This document shows, piece after piece, positions 50,683-59,420 of a DNA stretch of 64,000 nt. The stretch lies in NCBI GenBank assembly GCA_963666985.2, contig CAXXIA010000002.1:704001-768000 (forward strand), given 5' to 3'. Position 1 is the first letter of the stretch, and each line of letters starts with the position of its first letter. Under the pieces are notes generated by a model. It did not search any database. It saw nothing but the letters and a program-made list of their open reading frames with translations, and was not told the origin of the DNA. This DNA is from Spirochaetia bacterium. GTDB taxonomy: Bacteria > Spirochaetota > Spirochaetia > DSM-2461. The translations under genes were made by a program, and so were the position numbers.

Positions 50683-52151
50683 GATTCGACTCCTTTCATG
50701 GCGGTGGCGATGTCTTTCAGTCCGTTGCCCGTGAGAAGCACCACCGCGCGGTCGCTTCGGCCGGGGCCGCGCCCGGCTTCAAGGTCCGCCAATAGGCCGG
50801 CGAAAGCCGCCGAGGCGGCCGGCTCGGCAAAAAGGCCGCTGGAGGAAGAAAGCCGTCTCTGGGCCGAAACGATGGCCTCGTCGGACACCAGAAGGCAGCG
50901 GCCGTTATGGCGGATGAGTCTCTGCAGGGCGTAATAGCCGCCGCGGGGCACATCGACCGAGATGGAATCGGCGACGGTCTTCGCCGAAAGAGGCGTTCCG
51001 AAGGCTCCTTCGAGATTCGCGAAATCATCGGCCGCCGAAGCGGGAGGCGCCGAGATGTTCGTTCCGTGCGTGAAGGGGGGAAGCTCACCGGAGTGCGCCG
51101 GGACGGCGGCGCCGATTGAAGCGCCGGATTTCAGAGTACCGGCTGAAGTTCGCGCGGAAGCGGCCGTTCGTGCCAAAGCCCGCGCCAGAGCGGCGCTGCC
51201 TACGGCCTGCACGCAGACCACCTCGGGCATTCGGTCCGTCAGGCCCAGCGTCATTAGGTCCTCAAAACCCTTATACACGCCGCTGAGAATCACACCGTCG
51301 CCGGTGGGAACATAAACAACATCCGGCACAGCGGCACCGAGCTGCCGAAAAATCTCCAGGGAGACGCTTTTCTTTCCTTCCACGGTCAGGGGGTTATGCG
51401 CGGTGTTCCGTGAAAGGCCGCCGTGCGCGGTGACATAGGCCAAAGAAGCATCGAAGGCATCATCGTAGGTGCCCTCGACTTTGATGACGTTCGCTCCGTA
51501 CTGCATGGCCTGGACGATCTTCGCCGGAGGCGCGGAAGAGGGAAGATAGAGACGGACGTTCAGACCCGCGGCCGCGGCCACTCCGGCCATGGAACTGCCC
51601 GCGTTTCCGGTGGAGGCCACAACGATGTCCGGCAGGCCGCGAGAAGCGGCAAAGGCGGCCACCAGATAGCTGGCCCGGTCTTTCAGGGAGCCGGTGGGAT
51701 TGGCCGTATCGTCTTTCAAAAAGAGACCCGATCGGTCCAATTCGGAGCGAAGCCGCTTCGGAGACCAGAGCGGCGTTTCCCCCACGGGAATGGACGGAAA
51801 GAACTCGGCGGGCACCGGCATGAGGGAACGGGAATCGGCGAAAGGTGAACGGGAAGGTCCTTTCCCCGAAAAAACCCGACCGTCTTCCGGCGCACCTGCC
51901 GGAGCGGCGGCGGCACTCTTCGCGGCGCTGTTGCCGGAACCAAGATCGCCGGCGGCTTGGGCCGCGGCCGAAGTGCCGCCCAGTCCGAGCGCCGCCCAGT
52001 CCTCCGGCGTCTGACCGGAGAGCCGTACTTCCAGCTGGCCGCGAAGCGGCTGGTCGGCCGTTTGATGCGCCGCGCAGTCATCACAGAGATAGCGGCCGGT
52101 TTCAATCGGATAGGTCCGGCCGCATTCGATGCATACATATTCAAAGTTCAT
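50679..52151 (-). CDS. Threonine-synthase-like PLP enzyme with Zn-ribbon N-terminus
   Basis: CIEC..CDDC, NPTGSLKDRA, ASTGNAG, PTGDG, EPA, TGNGLKD. Confidence 0.82.
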   Translation of the reverse strand: MNFEYVCIECGRTYPIETGRYLCDDCAAHQTADQPLRGQLEVRLSGQTPEDWAALGLGGTSAAAQAAGDLGSGNSAAKSAAAAPAGAPEDGRVFSGKGPSRSPFADSRSLMPVPAEFFPSIPVGETPLWSPKRLRSELDRSGLFLKDDTANPTGSLKDRASYLVAAFAASRGLPDIVVASTGNAGSSMAGVAAAAGLNVRLYLPSSAPPAKIVQAMQYGANVIKVEGTYDDAFDASLAYVTAHGGLSRNTAHNPLTVEGKKSVSLEIFRQLGAAVPDVVYVPTGDGVILSGVYKGFEDLMTLGLTDRMPEVVCVQAVGSAALARALARTAASARTSAGTLKSGASIGAAVPAHSGELPPFTHGTNISAPPASAADDFANLEGAFGTPLSAKTVADSISVDVPRGGYYALQRLIRHNGRCLLVSDEAIVSAQRRLSSSSGLFAEPAASAAFAGLLADLEAGRGPGRSDRAVVLLTGNGLKDIATAMKGVES

Positions 52152-52370
52152 GACCGCTTCCTCCATCGTCGCGGATAAAACAGGCCGGATATCGGCCGAT
52201 ACTTAAAGCCGGTCGTCGGCTTCGGAACCGAACGGGTATCGGCAACAAGAACCGTCGGCCGGCCGACATTCAGCCGGGCGGGAACGGCATGAAAGCCGCA
52301 TCCCCGGAACCGTCCGCTACCCGGCCAAGCGTCGGCTCCCCGGTCGTACGAAACGAACATTGCGCCCCCG

Positions 52371-52439
52371 AACGGCCGACTTGCCCGGCACATCAAGCCG
52401 GGCGGCGTCTCCGTAGGCAAAACGGCCGACTTGCCCGGC
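52371..52439. repeat. 19-bp direct repeat x2, 50-bp period, intergenic
   Basis: AACGGCCGACTTGCCCGGC at 52371-52389 and 52421-52439. Confidence 0.85.
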
Positions 52440-52554
52440 CGGCGCCCGGCGAGCACCCAAACCGGATAATCCCCCGAAGAACCGCCCGCTCAGCCGATCG
52501 GCAAACGGCCATTCTCCGGCTCGATAACCATTCGGGGATCACCCAAGCGGACCG

Positions 52555-53778
52555 CTAAACCTCCACGCCCTCCAAAGCATACACCAAGGACGCGTAGAAC
52601 GCCGAACAGATCACCAAATCCTCAACGCGGTTCACCTCGTTAGGAGCATGAGCCTGATTTTCATCGCCGGGACCGAAGCCGATGCCCGGGATGCCGTGGC
52701 GGCCGGAAACCGACACCAGGTTGGTGGAAAAGGTCCACTTGTCCACCACGGGTTTCTTGTCGTAAACCCCTTCGTACGCCCTCACGCCGGCCTGCACCAA
52801 AGGATGATCCGCGTCCGTCTTCCAGGTGGGGAAGTAGAGTTCCTGAGAATATTTGGTTCCCTTCCAGCCGGTCTTGCCGTAGTCGGGCATCACGCAGTCC
52901 ACTTCGGAGGCGCTTACGCCCAGGGCTTTGCCGATTTTTTCCTTCACCTGACCGATGGCCAAATCGGCATCTTCGCCCCAGGTAAGGCGGCGGTCCAGAT
53001 AAAGCCGGGCCTGGTCGGGTACGGCGCACTGGCTGGGACCGTGAACGTTGATCTGACTCACCACGACGGTTCCCTTGCCCAGGAAATTCTCCGCGTCGGG
53101 TTTGAGTTCTTCGTTGAGCTCTTCCATGGCCAGGGCGGCCCGGGCCGCTTTGTAGGCCGCCGAATCGCCGCGTTCGGGGGCCGAACCGTGAGCCGAAACG
53201 CCCTTGAGAGTCACTTCCATTTCCATGCGTCCCCGATGTCCCCGATACAGCCGGCAGCTGGTGGGTTCGGTGGAAACGGCGAAATCGGGCTTCAATCCCT
53301 CTTCCTCGATGATGTACTTCCAGCACATGCCGTCGCAGTCCTCTTCCATCACGGTGAAAGTGAACCAAATGGTCCAATCGCCGTTATACCCCAAGTCTTT
53401 GAGGATTTTCCCGGCGCTGATCATGGCGGCCGCTCCGCCTTTCTGATCGGTCGAGCCCCGGCCGTGCACCAGTCCGTTTTCGATATCGCCGCTGAAGGGA
53501 TCTTTTTTCCACTGCGCCAAATCCCCGGTTTCCACGGTGTCGATATGGGCATCGAAAACAAGAATCTTCGGGCCGCTGCCGATGCGGGCCAGAACGCTTC
53601 CCAGGGGGTCGATTTTGACTTCATCGAAGCCCATCTCTTCGCACACCTTCGCGATATGGCGGCAGACATTCTCTTCCTGACTGCTGTAGGATTTGATTTT
53701 GACCATTTCCGAAAGGATCTTCGCGGTTTGGTCTCGATAGGCCTCGGCCTTCGCTTTAACTTCTTTGGCTTTTGTCAT
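52555..53778 (-). CDS. ygeY: YgeY-family M20 hydrolase
   Basis: DAHIDTV, GRGSTDQKGG, EEDCDG, GHRGRME, WTFSTN, AHAPNE. Confidence 0.92.
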   Translation of the reverse strand: MTKAKEVKAKAEAYRDQTAKILSEMVKIKSYSSQEENVCRHIAKVCEEMGFDEVKIDPLGSVLARIGSGPKILVFDAHIDTVETGDLAQWKKDPFSGDIENGLVHGRGSTDQKGGAAAMISAGKILKDLGYNGDWTIWFTFTVMEEDCDGMCWKYIIEEEGLKPDFAVSTEPTSCRLYRGHRGRMEMEVTLKGVSAHGSAPERGDSAAYKAARAALAMEELNEELKPDAENFLGKGTVVVSQINVHGPSQCAVPDQARLYLDRRLTWGEDADLAIGQVKEKIGKALGVSASEVDCVMPDYGKTGWKGTKYSQELYFPTWKTDADHPLVQAGVRAYEGVYDKKPVVDKWTFSTNLVSVSGRHGIPGIGFGPGDENQAHAPNEVNRVEDLVICSAFYASLVYALEGVEV

Positions 53779-53959
53779 TTTGGCTGATCTCCTTGGTATC
53801 GTTATCTTTTTCTTAACATGTTCTTTTTTTATGTTCCTGCCGTCTTCCTCGGGTTTTTAGAAGTCGGAAGGCAGAATACAGGAGTCGGAATACAGGCGGC
53901 GGGAGGTCTTGCGGCCGGTCTGGGAATGGCCTCGACACTCGGCACCTCCCGGCTCCTTT

Positions 53960-55297
53960 CTAACTCTCAATTTCCTCCATCCGCTTCCACATCTGTTTTG
54001 CCGCTTCCTCGGCGCCCGCGGCGATGGCCGCTTCATCGATTTCAACCGGGAATTTTCCGTCACGGAGCACGATTTTCCCGTCGATAATCACCGTTTCGGT
54101 GATGCCGGCGTTCCAGCCGAAAACAAAATGCCCCGCGATGTTCTCAGGCACCAGCGGCGTGGGAGCCGCGTAGCGGGCCACCACCACATCGGCTTTGTAT
54201 CCGCTCTCCAAGCGTCCGAAGGATTGACCGAAAAGCCTTTCCAGAATTCGATTGCCGGCCTGAAGGGCCTTCATAAAGTCTCCGGGCCACCACTTTCCGT
54301 GTTCATCCTTGTGCTTGAAATAGGCCGTCTGCATTTCGGTGTACATATCCGAGCCGATTCCGTCGGTTCCCAACGCCAGGTTATGCACTTTGGGCAGATT
54401 ATGGTTATAGCCCACGCCGTTGTTCATGTTGGAGCGGGCGTTATGAATCAGAAATCCGTCGCGGCCGTTGAGAATGTCCAGTTCGCCTTCGGAGAGATGA
54501 ACGCCGTGAACCAGAAGGGTTCGGCTGTCCAGAAGACCGTGGCGGTCCAGCCGGGCCACGATATCTTCGCCGTAAACGGCATGGGAATGGGAAACATCGT
54601 AGCGGTCTTCGGCCACATGGAGATGCAGTCCCCGGCCCGTTTCCCTGATAACATCGGCCATGCCTTCCAGAGCTTCTTCGGGAAGGGTGCAGGGGGCATG
54701 GCCGCCGATGCAGGCTTCCACGAGGTGCGGCCCCTCTCCCCGATCGGCGGCGGCTTGGGTGTCATGAGCGAAACGCCGATTCTCTTCGATACCGGCCAGC
54801 ATGTCCTGGCGGCCGTGGCGGTCGGTCACCTCATAACAGGTGGCGCCCCTCACGCCGAGAAGCTCCATGCCCTGTTTAATCACGTCCAGCGATCCCTCGA
54901 TAAACGCCGGGGAGGCGTGATGGTCGATGATGGAGGTTGTGCCGTTGCGGATCGCCTCCATGGAGGCGATAAGAGTGCTGAAATGCAGGGCATCTTCATC
55001 AATGGCCCGATCCAGCCGCCACCAGAGTTCCTTCAAAATGGAAACGAAATCCGGCGTAGGGCCGATGGGCGCCAGAACTCCCCGGCTCAATGCCGAGTAG
55101 ATATGATGATGCGAACAGACAATCCCGGGAAAAACGATGCGGCCCGAACCGTCGATGGTTTCATCGGCGGCGACTTTTCTGGCCGCCCCGGTTTTCACCG
55201 CGGCGATTTTATCATCCTCAATGACGATGTCGCAGTTCTCCCGAATACGGGGCGGATGGAATTCAACGGCTGTGACGTTTTTTATTACGATGATCAT
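53960..55297 (-). CDS. ssnA: SsnA aminohydrolase
   Basis: CSHHHIYS, WWRLDRA, DHHASP, HVAE, RSNMNNGVGY, LGTDGIGSDM. Confidence 0.92.
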   Translation of the reverse strand: MIIVIKNVTAVEFHPPRIRENCDIVIEDDKIAAVKTGAARKVAADETIDGSGRIVFPGIVCSHHHIYSALSRGVLAPIGPTPDFVSILKELWWRLDRAIDEDALHFSTLIASMEAIRNGTTSIIDHHASPAFIEGSLDVIKQGMELLGVRGATCYEVTDRHGRQDMLAGIEENRRFAHDTQAAADRGEGPHLVEACIGGHAPCTLPEEALEGMADVIRETGRGLHLHVAEDRYDVSHSHAVYGEDIVARLDRHGLLDSRTLLVHGVHLSEGELDILNGRDGFLIHNARSNMNNGVGYNHNLPKVHNLALGTDGIGSDMYTEMQTAYFKHKDEHGKWWPGDFMKALQAGNRILERLFGQSFGRLESGYKADVVVARYAAPTPLVPENIAGHFVFGWNAGITETVIIDGKIVLRDGKFPVEIDEAAIAAGAEEAAKQMWKRMEEIES

Positions 55298-58200
55298 ACG
55301 GCGGCCTCCTCAGGCGTTTTCTCTTCTACCTTGCCGAAGAGCGAGGGCATGTCCCGAAGAACCAGTTCGAAAAGACGGAAGAATCGGCCGGCGTCCGGAG
55401 CGCCCGCTCCTTCGCCGCACTTCGCCGTTCCGGAATCTTTCACCGTTTCGGCACCCTTCACCCGTCCGTCCCGAACCGGCAGAGTTCCGCAGAAATCGCC
55501 GAGTCTCCAGGTTAGGATATCTTTGTGAAGGAACCATCCCGAGTTGGTACTGTCGCCGAAATCCTCGGCGCTGCTGAATACCGTGGGCTTATCCCGGTAG
55601 GGCACGCCGTTCGTCCAAGGACAGAAATGCCCGCAGTTTCCGCACTCGTTGCAGTACGCGTCGATATGGACAATCTGCGCGGAATCGGAAAAGAGCGGTT
55701 CGGCCTCGGTATCCACCGGAAAGGCCAGGTTCGCCCGGTTCGGACAGACATCGGCGCATTTGTCGCAGATATAGTTGCATTCCAGGCACCGCCGCGATTC
55801 GGCGGCCGCGAACGGCTCGGGATTCGCTCTGTCGAAGGGCCGCTTAAGAGAAGGCGTAATCGTTCCTTTTTTCACGCGGATCTCATCCCTCTGCGCTTCG
55901 GCGCTCCAGGAAGGCACGTTCTCTTGATAACGCCAATCGCCCTGCGGCCCATACATCGCTTCCATCACGGCATCGGCGGCCCTTCGGCCTTCGGCGATGC
56001 ATCTTACGATGGTGGAAGGACCGGTTCGCCCGTCGCCCGCCAAATACACGCCGTCCTGTTCGCTCATCTGATTCGCGTCGGTTACCATCCGTCCGCGCTC
56101 ATCGGCCGCCAGACCCAGAGCCGCATAGTTCGCCGAGTCCGGCCTGTCGCCGATGGCGTACAGAACCGTACCCACCTTCCAGGTTTCGGTGGAATCGGTC
56201 GCCACCGGACTCCGGCGGCCTGAGGAATCCTTCTCGCCGAGTTCCATCACACGAGCGGTCAAGGTTCCGTCGGCGTCAAACCGTTCGGGATTGCGCAGCC
56301 AGGCGAATTTCACTCCGTCGGCCAGAGCGTCTTTATATTCCTCCCGACTCGCGGGCATCTGTTCAAAGGAGCGGCGGTAGAGAATCCAGCTCTCCTTCAC
56401 GCCCGGAGATCGCAAGGCCGAGCGGGCCGCGTCCATGGACGTATCCCCGGCGCCGACGGTCACCACCGTTTCGCCCATGTTCTCAGGGAAAATCCCTTTG
56501 TTGAAATTATAGAGAAATTGAGCGGCGGGAATCACATTGGGATTCTCGCCCTCCACCGGCAGCTTCGGACTGTCCCAGGTTCCGATACCCAGAATCACCT
56601 TCTCAAAACCGGCCGCCTTTAATCCGGCAACCGTCACGTCCTTTTCTCCGAAACGGAACTCGGCGCCCATGGCTTTAATCACATCGATATCGCTGTCGAT
56701 AGCCTCCCGGCTAATCCGAAAATGCGGCACCACGTACCGAACCACCCCGCCCGCATCGTCTTCACGTTCAAACACCGTCACGGGAACTCCGCTTCGCGCC
56801 AGAAAATAGGCGGCGCTGAGTCCCGCCGGGCCGGCCCCGACAACCGCCACCTTCGGCCCGGAACGTTTATCAGGCGCGCTCCATCGCCGGCGCCATTCGT
56901 CCATTCCCTTTTCCACGGCCATCAGCTTAATTTCCCGGATGTTCACCGGCCCCTCGTAATCAAGGCGCGTACAGCGAATCTGGCACTGATGATCGCAAAT
57001 GGTCCCGGTGATGGAGGGCAGCGCGTTGCGTTCATAAATCAAATCCAGGGCGTCGGCATACCGGCCCTCGCCCACCAGCCGAACGTACTCGGGGATATGC
57101 TGACCGATGGCGCAGGCGGTGGTGCACGGCGCCACATAGCAGTTGGTCATCGGCAAAGAACCCGCGGTCCGCACCTCATCGGTGCCGCGGAACTCTTTCA
57201 AAACCGTCGGCTCGGTTCGTGCCGCTTCGGCCAGAACCGTCACGCCCGGCACATCGATGGAAGGCAAATCCCATCCGGAAGCGGCTTCCAGAGCCTCGGC
57301 GATCTGTTTCTGACGGCGGTAACCGCCGGGCTTGAGCATGTCGCTGCACAGCGTCAGAGGCCTGATTCCCGTGGCCAGCAGTCCCGGAGCGGTATGAATC
57401 GTTACGCCGCCGGAATAGGAAATGGGGATGCGTCCGTCGAAGGCTTCGGAAACAAGGGAGGCCACGGCCGAGGTAATAGGATACAGGGCGCGGCCGGACA
57501 TATACATTTCATCCCCGGGCAGTTCCTCCCGGTTGTTGATCGACGCCAGAGTGTTGGTAAGCTTCACGCCGAAACGCCGGCCCTTCCCGGCGGCAAAAGC
57601 CTCCAGACGGGCGAGCATGGCCTTGGCGTCGCTCCACTGCAAATCGTGCGTGAACGACTCTTCCTTCATGCCGACGTTTTGAAAGCCCAAACCGTCCAGA
57701 ATTCCCCTGACGGTTTCATACCCCAGAAGCGTCGGGTTGAGCTTCACGAACGTATCCAGCCCCTTTTCGCCCAGCATGTATCTGCAAATGGATTCAATCT
57801 CCGTCGGAGGACAGCCGTGCATCGTCGAAAGCGTTACGTTGCCGGCGATTTTCCCTGAGATTTTTTGGGGAAGACCCCCGAAGCCGTTTCGGCGATCTTC
57901 CAATCCCGTACCCTTCAGGAAGTCAGGGTCGTCCAAACGCTCATCAAGTTCGGCAATCCATCCTTGAAACCGCGCCTGGTCGCCGGAATCCTTCATCCTC
58001 TCGATATATTCATCCATCCGGGGATTCTTGATGCCTTCGAGGTTATAGCCCACCGAAATGTTGAACACGAAAGAACGTTCCAAGCCCGGCATTCCCAAAT
58101 CGAAAAGCTCTTCCAGGAAATGCAGAAGAATCCAGGCCTTGGCGTATTCCTCCCAGGCCTGCCCCAGAGTGAGTTCGGTCGACCACTCGGTGTTGAAGCC

Positions 58201-58509
58201 CTCATCGGTCATGTCGATGCAGGGCTTGGCGATTTCCAGAGCGTCGAGGATCTGAACGGTCTTCAGTTCGATGAACCGGCTTCCGGTCAGATACGAGGTG
58301 ATGATGTTCTGGGCGATTTGCGTCTGCGGACCGGCCGCCGGACCGAGCGGGACCGAAATCTTTCTGCCGAAAACCTCATACACACGGTCGTCCGACTTGC
58401 GGTAGAAATCCGCCTCAGGGATACCGAAGATGCTGCGGCCGTGCCGCCACTCATCCATCATCCTGTCGATGAGGCCGCCGAAGGGAATCATGCGCATTTT
58501 GTCACTCAT
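55294..58509 (-). CDS. ygfK: YgfK Fe-S flavoprotein oxidoreductase
   Basis: GPAAGPQTQ, ELKTVQ, STMHGCPP, KLNPTLLG, GAGPAG, C-terminal ferredoxin motifs. Confidence 0.93.
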   Translation of the reverse strand: MSDKMRMIPFGGLIDRMMDEWRHGRSIFGIPEADFYRKSDDRVYEVFGRKISVPLGPAAGPQTQIAQNIITSYLTGSRFIELKTVQILDALEIAKPCIDMTDEGFNTEWSTELTLGQAWEEYAKAWILLHFLEELFDLGMPGLERSFVFNISVGYNLEGIKNPRMDEYIERMKDSGDQARFQGWIAELDERLDDPDFLKGTGLEDRRNGFGGLPQKISGKIAGNVTLSTMHGCPPTEIESICRYMLGEKGLDTFVKLNPTLLGYETVRGILDGLGFQNVGMKEESFTHDLQWSDAKAMLARLEAFAAGKGRRFGVKLTNTLASINNREELPGDEMYMSGRALYPITSAVASLVSEAFDGRIPISYSGGVTIHTAPGLLATGIRPLTLCSDMLKPGGYRRQKQIAEALEAASGWDLPSIDVPGVTVLAEAARTEPTVLKEFRGTDEVRTAGSLPMTNCYVAPCTTACAIGQHIPEYVRLVGEGRYADALDLIYERNALPSITGTICDHQCQIRCTRLDYEGPVNIREIKLMAVEKGMDEWRRRWSAPDKRSGPKVAVVGAGPAGLSAAYFLARSGVPVTVFEREDDAGGVVRYVVPHFRISREAIDSDIDVIKAMGAEFRFGEKDVTVAGLKAAGFEKVILGIGTWDSPKLPVEGENPNVIPAAQFLYNFNKGIFPENMGETVVTVGAGDTSMDAARSALRSPGVKESWILYRRSFEQMPASREEYKDALADGVKFAWLRNPERFDADGTLTARVMELGEKDSSGRRSPVATDSTETWKVGTVLYAIGDRPDSANYAALGLAADERGRMVTDANQMSEQDGVYLAGDGRTGPSTIVRCIAEGRRAADAVMEAMYGPQGDWRYQENVPSWSAEAQRDEIRVKKGTITPSLKRPFDRANPEPFAAAESRRCLECNYICDKCADVCPNRANLAFPVDTEAEPLFSDSAQIVHIDAYCNECGNCGHFCPWTNGVPYRDKPTVFSSAEDFGDSTNSGWFLHKDILTWRLGDFCGTLPVRDGRVKGAETVKDSGTAKCGEGAGAPDAGRFFRLFELVLRDMPSLFGKVEEKTPEEAAV

Positions 58510-59355
58510 GGAGCGCTCCTGGTTCCGAATCGGGATTCATAAAGGCCCACACAGCGCCGGCGCGCTTTATGATAAGCATTCCGAATCGGAAAAACACTAT
58601 TAGGACGGCCGTACGGCCTGTCGAATTTGCATGGATTATTATTCAATCCCGAATCTTGAGGGTGCGAAGTTTCATTCCTGTTGCAAAATTGCGGCGGGAA
58701 GCCGGCCGAACGGGCATCGGGATATCCTGCGAGGCCGGCGCCGTTTTTTCGCGCTCCGCCCTTGCTCAATCCGAAAGATACGGACAGGATGAAAATCCCA
58801 TCGGGGAACATTTTGTTCCTGCCGACCAACATGCCCTCCTCTTCGCCGATACAGGCGTCGGACGGGCCCGGATAGCGATACGTCCACGGGTCCCGATTCT
58901 CGGGACTCGCCGTTCCGGCCCGCCGATCCTCTCTGTCCGCCGTTCTCATCCGAATTGGATTCGAACGGTCTTAACCCGCCGCCCATGACGGGGGCGGATT
59001 CAATCCTTTTTGGAGTTTACCTGAAAAAAAGGATAAGGAAAAAATCAGTAAAAGCAATTTCATCATTCATGAAATTGCTTGTTTCCGACGGCCGGAAGCC
59101 CTCCGGATTCGTATTAGAGGGGCCTCATTTCAAAAATCGTTGATTTTTGAATCGCCTCGGCAAACTTGCACGGATTCCCGGCAAGTCGAGCAAAAGAATA
59201 GGCGCGCTCCAACACGGTGTCAACGGTCCTTTGTGCATTTTCAAAGCTCCCTTCGGCAGACATTTACAAAACCTACGCTTTTGTAGGAAGACAGTCCGAT
59301 ATTAAACGAAAACTCAGGAATGGAACGATTCTCCATCAGAGTCCATGAGAAAATA

Positions 59356-59384
59356 TTGACAGGGCGGAAAACGGGGAATAGTGT
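59356..59384 (+). promoter_or_regulatory. Candidate sigma70 promoter of BMP gene
   Basis: TTGACA 59356-59361, 17 bp, TAGTGT 59379-59384. Confidence 0.55.
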
Positions 59385-59420
59385 TTTCCAATCATTGAAT
59401 ATTAACAAAAGGAGAAATCA

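Noticed and set aside
52371..52439. 19-bp repeat with 31-bp spacer as a mini-CRISPR
   Set aside because: Only two copies, repeat too short, no cas genes or leader
53909..55528. 539-aa plus-strand ORF, and similar ones at 52648, 56722 and 59463
   Set aside because: Antisense shadows of well-supported genes
58506..58988. 147-aa and 139-aa ORFs upstream of ygfK
   Set aside because: No motifs and Arg/Pro/Gly-rich composition typical of GC-rich non-coding DNA
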